A stretch of DNA of 64,000 nt, taken from positions 64,001-128,000 of IMG/VR virus record IMGVR_UViG_3300022689_000474. One strand, written 5' to 3'. A program made the position numbers and the translations under genes. Numbering within the stretch: position 1 is the first letter of the stretch; each line of letters begins with the position of its first letter. Under the pieces are notes generated by a model that did no database searches, was not told the DNA's origin, and saw only the letters and a list, made by a program, of their open reading frames with translations. Shown in pieces: positions 32,901 through 41,200 of this stretch. Origin of the DNA: a virus.

Positions 32901-34807
32901 GAACTAATCCAAATAATATAGTTTCAAGTGGAGATATTATTCATAACCAACCTGAGATGTCAAGAGAGATAGCAGCGGAGTTTAATTTACAACAAGGTGG
33001 GGGAGCTACAGATTTAGTTATTACACCTCAATCTTTTTCTTGGAAGGATAAAGATGGTATTCCAAGAACAGTTTCTATTTATAATGGTGATGACCCTACT
33101 GCTGGATTATTACAATATAGACTTAAGATTGATGAGGGTCCTAATGCTGGAACAACATATTTGATTGATCGTAGAGCTGGTGGTTCTGTCGTAGCGACTC
33201 GTCCAGATGGTTCAACAAATAATTTAACTTTAGATGATTATAGAGCAGAAATAAATCAAGTACCCTCCACCACTCAAACTACTACTTCTCCTCCTAACTC
33301 TAGTCCGGGTTCGACTCCCAATCCCAATCCCAATCCTCCCAATCCTAATCCTCCTCAAACTCCACTTACAACTCAAACACCTGCTAGTAATGCTTATTAT
33401 GATGTAGATCAGAGTCAATTAGTTAACTTAATACCGGACCAAGCAGTTAGAAACAATGTAGTACAAGGTATGAATATTCCAAGTAATGCAACACCACAAT
33501 ATTCAGCTAATGGTAACAGTATAGACTATACTTGGATTGATGGTGATACTACTCATCTTGCAAGAGTAATTAAAAATCCAGATGGTACTTATAGTGTTTC
33601 TCGTAATATTGTTAATAGTACGGCTTCAGTGGGTTATACCGTTGATAATGTAACGGAACAAACAAACTTAACAAATCAATTGTTGAGTAGTAATAATACT
33701 GGATTATCTTCTAGCTTACCTGGGAGTCAAAACCCTCCTGGTACTTCTCCCTCAAATACTCCTGATAATACTCCTAGTACTGAAGGTACTACTATTCCTG
33801 ATAATACTCCTAGTAATACTCAACAGACTGGCCCTGAAAATTCTATAACTGCTGGCCAAAATTCAAGGCCTAATGGAAATTCAGTAACAAAGGATTCTTT
33901 ACCAGATAATGTTCAATCACAAATTCCTGATGGAGCTGAGATTATAGAAACTCCTCAAGGTGATATAGTTTGGAAACAGGATAACCCGGATGGTACAGTA
34001 ACTTGGACAAGGGTTGATCCTAATAACCCTAATCCTACTCCAGGTTCTACTACTCCTGATAATGCTGGAACTTTAGATCCACAGAATCCTCCTCCTGATA
34101 CTTCGGGGACAACTATTCCTGCTTCTTCTCAGACTAATCCTATTCTTCCTGATAATAGTGTACGTCAAGGTTCTTCCTTGACTGACCAAGAGGGTATAGA
34201 TCTTAGCAATAGAATTTTCTTCCTTAAACATGAGAATGGTTCTCTGATTTATAACCGTACAGAGGTAGAGACAGTACAACAATTAGGTGATGGAAGTATA
34301 AAGATAGTTACAAAGCCAATACCTCTTGGGCCTGACGACGCCAAGTATCAACAAGATGTGTTTGTGTATGCATCTGATGGATCCTTCATTTCTTTTGATC
34401 CTTACTACATTCTTCAGGATGGTAGAAAGATTTTAAAGTTTGAATGGTTAAGAACTTCAGGGACAACTATTCCTTCTCAGACTCCTAATACTAATATACG
34501 TCAAGCTTCTTCATTGACTCCACAAGAGGAAGCAGATCTTATTAATAGGATTCCAGATCTTATTTCTGATAATGACTCATTGATATTTTATGATGACGCT
34601 GTAGATACTATACAACAATTAGATGATGGAAGAATGATAATAATTACACAAAAAATATCTATTGCTAGTGGACCTATTGATCCTCTTGCACCTGCAAATA
34701 CTGCGTTTATTCATGGAGAATATTTCTTGGCACCAGATGGGACGGTGTCGACCCGTAATTTTATATATACTCTTACAGACGGGACACTAAGGACACGTGG
34801 ATCTTAA
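26975..34807 (+). CDS. 2610-aa virion protein: split tail-tube-initiator (gpU / DNA-circularisation-N-like) fold, TM hairpin and repetitive Cys-free C-terminal region
   Basis: RSNIAKHRVPGGQAIYQNLGVDSVMVTIVGCFTGDG, then GRELEIEI and RFKGLIKAMEV...WYLMQVELTD. Hydrophobic segment ~30854-30985. GAGGT Shine-Dalgarno. Confidence 0.6.
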   Translation: MSDPLYESQLATLNLEDPPIEQGPDVTCYKYVLVPDYLVDFYKNNIKDRSKVLINEEMDGTGDKKIIMVDITIDNFVLFEALNYLAEEISGFSTFTDVSNEEQYIILEEILNNPSYKNAVSEYINKKISETTKSLGLSNDIKVTYRLIGFEALYTFYNLDSIFKKSDIGATLTIDQDLLDFSTRLLRESIKGLRLFTFDPPLVEKKNPDDSFRYEVIPLHLFKNAQVGFEYDITFNIDYVPQEGCQEPQAETAPTQPTPTITAEEATVPIDATSISPIEDEEVVSQTTPNGSLYCPTDEQVELEIDTLRKKAILSYETLISEAESFTFTDSVSELYNNIKPSLVNIDKENLLDSIFSKTIGEDTTLSKLIQAQDNLNQIILQITNDSIPSSTDLDKNKLETLYNHIQNIIDIHRQYLTLINYKDNCENPEVNDKLIEPEPVEPTEKPEVPQEEVEVDAGPCEIFPNKGNDDWGIKFTYKESPNISGLLRASCEGTAGSFYDDTGENDDIEEEVLLNNQEEGGEGSEDRQALAEATINTIEEREQRIAEEGSAVSGPSTPELSSSSGGYSSGGELHEWEMTLLPAMRSVVPKSPGMDVPNVMPGLQFQIRSNIAKHRVPGGQAIYQNLGVDSVMVTIVGCFTGDGGYATEASLAGRGESVTTASPILSEGDNPFINLSRELSDDEKTQLENFPLETDPQNALNTFNSSNVTDMNFNGLSSISTSSMKPTGRGGRIWELDGCPCDPDMGNSYLSNSDQPYIVGSGSKVIPQYFNGPDWNQRPTMFTLYEQLRRLDSYHEFTSFYKMAIEQGRELEIEINLDKYSNGLESQKNLYKKYGLDSTSSVKHMDSDWGPLRNGANGNPRFKGLIKAMEVYHSKGDRTWYLMQVELTDLGLTTDIPLNLTKIVQEASDQAIQEAGSEDDSGFTTESNRLLDCLLMEHPEYSVDQFNDVPNRAYYRSSTSDSNKNNRMVWSTTTGQGMLYTVEKVKVAKQEIKYAKAIGSKTLLEPREMIGALIEGGRSSRWKLSDIRSFKKYLHLLNTGAIYAIPNSAAGNCGNQAPRPREEGNELEVALGPSEAVGDNTLRYGNIQSIPWLSELLEGVDSKDPNHLGYWKPKQWKTEELGGGESENVTKLFSSLNEIYNDEDLTDSNIDTAWFMGYRLKLIKTGPLQGYGLIRRSNNAFTILNPAQVILNITEGEGTGNWKNFNVEGDLEKVISNVCLRRNPNGILDRMSTGYGSDDPQLIKEQAESCMTFFTQGDIANWQSSSIDTGDPYRIGDGELIRRLVAKVLLSCGSLVVDVVGGLFLSVAAGLLTGGVLAFIGAVFTLFTAVVALIDCLKASWDIIQYLRLEDKSRISVPSNQELQLDILFALVPFVPQLGAFKTFVNAARGAFQKIKTVAQAFEKIPILGSVIGVVKKMYKALVDYVKPSPGTEALLNRISDFLEDVRLKMGKKPAPTTPGTPGSSTPGTPGSSTPGTPGSGSTPGIPSLKSVDDFIDEIPTNIRQSIGENNLQSFFNDLANKFGIPSNATPGITIDGDLLYSWHDAAGVRHELTLFPSAESGKVRIKYGRGPDIGQVKTVSDGVYNVDDIDNIITNPPPNNTPPGTTSPPVNKISVQDFKNQVTLSPQVVDSINANQLTSDQFIDSLINKFNISQDANFTTLADGSIIADWEVNGVRKRLKLSPTNNDNFKIEYLAPDGTNKSIELNPQELDYVDVDTGTLIFPSSPLPPSSPLPPSPLPDVPRHSGTGLEILKLNGGNALAPVKGDIINGLRFPETGTIKDIPTPDALKVPGNGVTQYGSYGAKLMEWTDAMGVDRTVAVVAYTDGSVTAAEVTLDTSGQIVSVGKKVNTSNSDFNDLTDFFNIPNYGGNLNIANVPPHPNRTGVQIQRPTIQKAIDGLGINAGATVNPIVHTDGAGIPYQGYEFTWTDANNITRKVEIAESSSTRMLVKDPITGVWSQQPHDNLFVPIQASDGTNPNNIVSSGDIIHNQPEMSREIAAEFNLQQGGGATDLVITPQSFSWKDKDGIPRTVSIYNGDDPTAGLLQYRLKIDEGPNAGTTYLIDRRAGGSVVATRPDGSTNNLTLDDYRAEINQVPSTTQTTTSPPNSSPGSTPNPNPNPPNPNPPQTPLTTQTPASNAYYDVDQSQLVNLIPDQAVRNNVVQGMNIPSNATPQYSANGNSIDYTWIDGDTTHLARVIKNPDGTYSVSRNIVNSTASVGYTVDNVTEQTNLTNQLLSSNNTGLSSSLPGSQNPPGTSPSNTPDNTPSTEGTTIPDNTPSNTQQTGPENSITAGQNSRPNGNSVTKDSLPDNVQSQIPDGAEIIETPQGDIVWKQDNPDGTVTWTRVDPNNPNPTPGSTTPDNAGTLDPQNPPPDTSGTTIPASSQTNPILPDNSVRQGSSLTDQEGIDLSNRIFFLKHENGSLIYNRTEVETVQQLGDGSIKIVTKPIPLGPDDAKYQQDVFVYASDGSFISFDPYYILQDGRKILKFEWLRTSGTTIPSQTPNTNIRQASSLTPQEEADLINRIPDLISDNDSLIFYDDAVDTIQQLDDGRMIIITQKISIASGPIDPLAPANTAFIHGEYFLAPDGTVSTRNFIYTLTDGTLRTRGS
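31348..31419 (+). repeat. Three 24-bp tandem repeats (TACTCCTGGTACTCCTGGTTCTAG) encoding a TPGTPGSS linker
   Basis: Read directly from the sequence; the third copy has one mismatch. Confidence 0.95.
34100..34807 (+). repeat. Diverged tandem duplication of a 354-bp (~118-aa) terminal module
   Basis: ACTTC(G/A)GGGACAACTATTCCT begins at both 34100 and 34454. Both copies share RQ.SSLT.QE..DL.NRI and QQL.DG. Confidence 0.85.
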
Positions 34808-34938
34808 AATAAGACTATCTTACTATTGTTACTTTAATTGGAGGGGAAGTTTTATATCTTATTAAGGAAAAATTTAGAGAATTATTTGGAGATTAATTAT
34901 ATAATAGTAAAAGGAGTATCTAAAAAATAAATAAAGTT

Positions 34939-35448
34939 ATGAATAAAGGATTTGCAGTAATAGAAAAACCTAAAAAGTTAATATCTCATTCTTTAACCAA
35001 AAATGGGACTTTAGAAAATAACTTCGAAGAAGTATTTAAAAGGGCTTGTAATACTAAATATACTTATGTATATATGGCTAAGATCTCTCCTGTGAAATTA
35101 AATAATTTCATGGTAGATCCTTATGGTGTAAATTTTATAAAAAGTATATCTATAAGGAGATACTTATTAAGCCCTTCTTTATATAAAAGTTTAAAGCATA
35201 ATGAAAGTATAATACAGAAATATGTATATATGGATTGGTTAGAAAATTTATGGATATCTGGACAGGAAGTTAAATGTGTAGATGAGATATTAGAGGGCAA
35301 TTATAGAGGTCTATTAGTATTTTTAGATGTTAATAAAATGCATGATACTTTAGATCCAATAAAGAAGAATAATCTAAAGAAGGATGCAACTTTTTATATA
35401 CAAATAGGAAATAAACCAGGTAAAGAATCGTATAGTAAATTAGATTAA
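34939..35448 (+). CDS. Hypothetical protein
   Basis: 169-aa basic ORF with TATATAATA at 34898 and AAGGAG upstream. Confidence 0.75.
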   Translation: MNKGFAVIEKPKKLISHSLTKNGTLENNFEEVFKRACNTKYTYVYMAKISPVKLNNFMVDPYGVNFIKSISIRRYLLSPSLYKSLKHNESIIQKYVYMDWLENLWISGQEVKCVDEILEGNYRGLLVFLDVNKMHDTLDPIKKNNLKKDATFYIQIGNKPGKESYSKLD

Positions 35449-35457
35449 CTTTCATTT

Positions 35458-35482
35458 AAGGGTCTAGTAGGACCCTTTTATT
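35458..35482 (+). terminator. Putative intrinsic terminator
   Basis: AAGGGTC-TAGTAG-GACCCTT hairpin followed by TTATT. Confidence 0.6.
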
Positions 35483-35486
35483 CTAT

Positions 35487-36707
35487 ATGAATTTAAAAGA
35501 TTATAAAGATATAACTAGAATGATAGCTCAATATATCTCTCCAGATTTAAGTCTTAATAAAAGGAGAGATTTATTCTTAAAAAGTATCATACAAAATGAC
35601 TTAAAAGAATTACCATATACTAAACAAGAATTATCACAAGTAACAGATAAGTTATTTAATTCTATATTAATTTATTATGACACTAATTTTATATCTTTAC
35701 AACAGACACTCTACCCTTCTAATCCATTTATAGACCCGAGAGGACTAAATAATCCCATGTTTGATATGAGTAATGAAGGTAATATGTACTTTGATATAAA
35801 TAATCTTTTAGGAGACGAGTTAATTCAATATTCGGGTATTAAATTTGTAGACTACTATAACAAAGCAGATAATAATTCATCTTTAGTAGCTATAGGTTAT
35901 CATTCAAATGAAATACCAAATTGGATACCTTCATTTAATAACGAACCTAAATTAGTCTGGGAGTTTGTACAGTCTAATAATGACTTCCAAGTATTTCTAA
36001 AACCTTATTATTACTGTTTAATTTCTAATAGTCGATTAGAAACTCTATTTAACTATTTACCTAGAAGGACCAGGTGGAAGTATAAAGATGATGGAAGTAT
36101 ATCTGTAGATTATATATTTCCTACTGAATATAATCTTATACCCATCTATTCTAATAATTATATCCATACTCTTACAGTATTAACTAAAGAAATGGGTCAT
36201 AACTTACTTCCAAACTTTATATTCACTGGTAAAGTTTATTTTATGGGTGAAGTAGGAGAACCATATTATGAATATAGTAATATAAATAATAACTATTCTT
36301 TTCCAGGAGATTTATATATTAGTCCTCTTAAGCCTCCAAACTTAGATTTTCCTCTAGGAATTCCAAAGGCAGAAGAATTAGAAGAATGTTTAAATGATCA
36401 TATAGGGTATTATCCTAGTGATGGAGATATTGATATAGATTTAGGAATATATACTGGATATATAACTAATAATACATATCATAGTAATATCACTTATTAT
36501 TTATATAGAAGGTCAGATGATTCCATATTTTTATCTAAATATCCTCCTAAAAGGGATGTGAAGTGGATGGTAAAAGATGCCAGAAGAAAAATGTTATTAA
36601 CAATAGACCCCTATTTAAGAGATAATTCAGATATAGATATAGATATTAATATAACATCATCTAATTCACCTTCTAGTTATAAGATCTTATTGAAAGAAAT
36701 AATATGA
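35487..36707 (+). CDS. Hypothetical protein
   Basis: 406-aa ORF with no recognised motif. Confidence 0.8.
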   Translation: MNLKDYKDITRMIAQYISPDLSLNKRRDLFLKSIIQNDLKELPYTKQELSQVTDKLFNSILIYYDTNFISLQQTLYPSNPFIDPRGLNNPMFDMSNEGNMYFDINNLLGDELIQYSGIKFVDYYNKADNNSSLVAIGYHSNEIPNWIPSFNNEPKLVWEFVQSNNDFQVFLKPYYYCLISNSRLETLFNYLPRRTRWKYKDDGSISVDYIFPTEYNLIPIYSNNYIHTLTVLTKEMGHNLLPNFIFTGKVYFMGEVGEPYYEYSNINNNYSFPGDLYISPLKPPNLDFPLGIPKAEELEECLNDHIGYYPSDGDIDIDLGIYTGYITNNTYHSNITYYLYRRSDDSIFLSKYPPKRDVKWMVKDARRKMLLTIDPYLRDNSDIDIDINITSSNSPSSYKILLKEII

Positions 36708-36714
36708 TAGAAAA

Positions 36715-37251
36715 ATGCAAGGAACATTATCCAGACAAATATCTATAGATATAATTCAAGATTACTTATTATTAGGTCTGGGAACTTTCTTAATATATAG
36801 ACCAGATCTTGGTCTTACTGAAATTCCTACTCCTACAGAATTAGATTTAAGATATAACATGACTATGAAAGAAGCAGTGGAATATGAAGTAGGTGGTGCC
36901 ACTTTAAATGGTTATATGAGACATTTTATTAATACTCCTTTTGTATTATATTTAGAAGGTCCTATAAGTAAGATAATATTTGATACTTATTTTATATCTA
37001 TAAAAAGAACTATGGGACCATTTACACATATTTGTATAGCTACAGGTATGAATATATTTGGGGGAGGTATTACTAATGGTAATAATAGAGGAGATACTAG
37101 AGGCTCTTTAATTGGTATCCAACCGGTCCCAACAGAAGTATTACCAGAAATAGGAGATAGACCGGATATCTTACCTGGTACAGTAGGTAAAGTATTATAT
37201 CCTGAAGAGGTATATACAGATTCTATAAAATTAGAGTTGAGCTTCTATTAA
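36715..37251 (+). CDS. Hypothetical, possibly virion structural protein
   Basis: 178 aa; EV...NGYMR and FTHICI resemble small beta-sandwich tail proteins (weak). Confidence 0.6.
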   Translation: MQGTLSRQISIDIIQDYLLLGLGTFLIYRPDLGLTEIPTPTELDLRYNMTMKEAVEYEVGGATLNGYMRHFINTPFVLYLEGPISKIIFDTYFISIKRTMGPFTHICIATGMNIFGGGITNGNNRGDTRGSLIGIQPVPTEVLPEIGDRPDILPGTVGKVLYPEEVYTDSIKLELSFY

Positions 37252-37252
37252 A

Positions 37253-38272
37253 ATGATTACATCTCAAGATTTGATAACCTTGAATACTAAGTTTTATTAC
37301 TTAAGTAAAGGATTTGGTGGTGCTATGAGATTATATGATTTAATAAGACAATCTTCTTTCTCAGAAGCTGAAGCGGAAAGGAAAATACATCTTATATTAA
37401 GTCATCCTAATCCAATATATGTAATAAATCCTTGGACTAGACCTTTCTCTTTAATACCTCCTCCTCGAATAAGATGGGAATATGATTATGACCCGGGTAT
37501 AAATATAGATGATAATTATCATGTGTTTGATATAAATCAAAGACATATTTACTCTGTAAGTCCAGAGAGACATAAAGGATATTGGGGTAGGTCCTCCTTA
37601 GACATTTTGTTTATAAAACAAAGTTTTACTGGAGAATTATTCTATCTACACCTTAGTACTTATAATTCTGGTCCACTTATTTTGGGTATTCTAATTAATA
37701 ATATAAGTCTAAAAACATTTAGAACTGAAGCATTAGGGTCTCCTGTAAGAAGTCCTCATGAATTTAATAATCCTAGACAAATATCATTAATAGAAAAACC
37801 ATTAGAAACTAGTTATATAGTTATTAATAGATTTATAAATTTAATAACTGATCCTAATTCAGGATATTTATATCCTATACAAGTACATCATCTAGAATCA
37901 GAACCTTTTGTCAATACTACTAAAGAAGACGTAATATCTAATTCATCTTCAACATTACTACATTTTGATGTAGCTGATTATACCTTTTCTATAGAAACTC
38001 AATCTAAACTTACTATTAATTTACCTTCTAGTGGTTGGTTAGTTATATCTCAACTTAAAGAAGATGGTACTAGAGTATTTCTTAATCTTTCTTTTATTAG
38101 TGGATTAGGAGCTGATAGAATTCTTCAAGATGCAGATGGTCTATGGTATGTATCTTTTACTTCTGGTATAGATTTTATAAGCCTTAGAAGAAGATTCTCT
38201 CAAGTTACTAGAAGACCTAAAGATTTCAGTACTAGAAATGCTATAAGAGTTACTGCTGACCTCATATTTTAA
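37253..38272 (+). CDS. Hypothetical protein
   Basis: 339-aa ORF directly upstream of the terminase. Confidence 0.8.
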   Translation: MITSQDLITLNTKFYYLSKGFGGAMRLYDLIRQSSFSEAEAERKIHLILSHPNPIYVINPWTRPFSLIPPPRIRWEYDYDPGINIDDNYHVFDINQRHIYSVSPERHKGYWGRSSLDILFIKQSFTGELFYLHLSTYNSGPLILGILINNISLKTFRTEALGSPVRSPHEFNNPRQISLIEKPLETSYIVINRFINLITDPNSGYLYPIQVHHLESEPFVNTTKEDVISNSSSTLLHFDVADYTFSIETQSKLTINLPSSGWLVISQLKEDGTRVFLNLSFISGLGADRILQDADGLWYVSFTSGIDFISLRRRFSQVTRRPKDFSTRNAIRVTADLIF

Positions 38273-38284
38273 ATTATTGCTATT

Positions 38285-41200
38285 ATGACTTTTCTTAATA
38301 CTCAAAATTTAGTAGGTCTAGATAATTACTTTGACTTACTTATAAGTGAAGCTAGTACTTCTTTAAATGCTGTTAGTGATCTTTCTATAATAGATTTTGC
38401 AGAAAATATAGTATTTAATGGGGAAGCTTATCTTTATACTCAACAAAAAGCTGTTCTTAAATCTTTTTATGGGGAACCTCTTACTCCTGAAGAAGAAGAT
38501 ATCTTAATAAATTGGAAGAATAGGGAGAAGAGTAATTGGGTTCCTAATAGAACTTATAGAGATATGATTTTGGAAGTAGGTAGAGGTGGTTGTCCTTATA
38601 TAGAAGATAAAGTTATTACTAATAAAGGTACTCTTAAATATAAAGATTTAATTGATAATAAGAGTTCTATATTTACCTTCTTAGAAAAAGATAATACTAT
38701 TGGTCTGACTTCTAATATACTTACATGGGATAAAGGTTTATGTGAATGTGTTCAAATTACTACTAAAACAGGTCGAAAGGAAATAGTTACTTTAGATCAT
38801 CCTTACCTAATTTCTTTAGGAGACCCCAATTCATATAAATGGCTTAGAGCTCAATACCTTACGAGGGAAAATAAATTATATTTACCTATAGGATTAAAAC
38901 TCTTTGGTTCAGATGATTCTTTAGATGAATCTTTTATCTTAGATATAGTTCGAGATATATCTAATATATCTTCTTCTATTATAGAAACTATAGAACTATC
39001 TACTGAATATCTTCACTCTTTATCTTTATCTTATATATTATCCTATTTACCTTTCCAATTAGATTATCTACTTACAGTAAAAAAGGAATCTTTATATCTT
39101 AAATCTGAGGTTCTACCTGGTGATATATTAGATTTCTTACAAAGAGAATTAAGTAAATGGGGTGTTATATGTATATGTGATTATAAATCAAATATCTTTA
39201 TTATAAAAGATTTAAATTCATTTATTAATTTATTAGAATTACTTAGATCTCATAAAGATAAAGACCATAAAATAAATAATTTATTTAACTTATTGGAATT
39301 TAATATTTCTCAAGGTAAATGTTATGACAATATTCCAAGATATAAATATGGAGAAATAGAATATTTCTTAGATGAAGTTTATAGTGTTATTAAAGTTGGT
39401 AAATTACAGACACTTGGATTAGAAGTTGTTAAATCTAATACTATAGTTAATTCATTTATATCCCATAATTCTAAGAGTTTGATTGCTTCTATTATCTCTT
39501 TATATGAATTTAATAATCTTATATCTTTAGAAGACCCCGCTCGATATTATAATTTAATATCTAATGATCCTATAGCGATATTCTTAATAGCTACTACTGC
39601 TACTCAAGTTAAAGAAACTTTATTCTTGAAACTTAAAGGATATTTAAGAGGTAGTGATTTCTTTAGGAATTTAGAAAATAAAAAGAAAATAGAAGTATTA
39701 GCTGATCAAGTTAGATGTCCTGATAAGAATGTTGCTATATATGCTAAACATACTAATTCAGATGCTTTAGTTGGTTATAACTTGAAATGTATGATTCTTG
39801 ATGAAGTAGCTAGATTCTCTAATAAAACTAGAGAAGACGGTAAAATTGTTTCTTTAGCTGATACTTTATGGAGAAATGTAGGTAAAGGTTGTTTTCATAT
39901 GAATTCTTATATTTATACTAATAAAGGATTTATAAAAGCTATTGATTTACTAAATATTTATCAATCAGTAGATTATCTTAATGATATAAAGATTTTAAGT
40001 TATTCAAATGATTCATTTAAATATCTAATATGGGCAGATGATATAGATATATGGAATAATGGAATTCATCCTACTATAGAACTTATAACTGAAAATGGTT
40101 ATAACGAAAGAGTTACATATAATCATCCTTTTTTTATTTATAGACAAGGAGATGTAGAACCAAGCTGGATTGAAGCAGAATTTATTAATGAAGGAGATTA
40201 TATCTCTTTACCAAAATCTTTATTACCTTCTGATAGATCTATAAATTATTTAGAAGAAGAATATACAAACTTTTTTGAATTCCTAGCATATATATTTAGT
40301 TTTGGAACTTGGTTTGTAAATCATGGTCGAATACAAGATCATGCTATAGAAATAAGAAGAACTGTTCATAAAGAAATAATACAAGTTATTCAAGATTTAT
40401 TGAAAGATATAGAAGGTTATAGATTTCATAATAATAAAGATTCAACCTCTGGTAGTAAGTATAGAATTTTCTTTGATAAAAAAAGTAAAGGTTATCAGCT
40501 ATTAAAAGAACTTACAGATAGAGGATATTTAATTAATTCTTATAGATCTTTCTATAATGATATTCCTGAATTTATTGATACCCTACCTCTAGCAGAATTA
40601 AAGTCTTTTCTTAAAGGATATTATACTTCTAATTGTACCTTCTTTGATTTATTAAATCCTTCTGGTATTACTATTAAATTACCTCAAGAAACTGAAAGTG
40701 CTGCTAGAAGAATACAACGTTGTTTATTACTCTTTGGAGTAATCTCTTCTATTAAAATAGAACCTGTCAGGATAAATAAAGATAAGTTTATTTTTAATGC
40801 TAATGTTGTTTGTATAAAAGGAGTTTATAATATCTCTTTATTCTTACAATCTATTGGTCTTTCTACTTCTGATTTTGTTACTATGAAAAAAAGAATAGAT
40901 AGATATATCTCTTTAGATAAAGATAAAGATAAAGATAAATATTCTCTTCCTTTAAATATAGAACAATGTATCGACAATAGTAATAAGATTGATTCTATAA
41001 ATAATCTTAGATGGGAGAGAGTTTCTAATATTATAAACCATCCTAAAACTATTACTATTGGTTTAGAAGTTAGAGAAAGTGGTCTCATTTGTAATAGTAT
41101 ATTGAGTCATAATACTCAAAGATTCGCAGAAGAAGGAAGAAGGGTAGCGATATCATCAGGATGGTACGAAGGAGACCCTATACAAAAATTAAGAGAGAAG

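Noticed and set aside
914-34807. Locus as an eCIS/tailocin or T6SS rather than a phage
   Set aside because: A terminase, resolvase, phage-type fibres and continuous phage-like gene organisation indicate a DNA-packaging phage.
40915-40938. (AGATAA)4 microsatellite in intein 2 as a phase-variation switch
   Set aside because: A 6-bp unit keeps the frame (DKDKDKDK) and lies in a tolerant intein linker.
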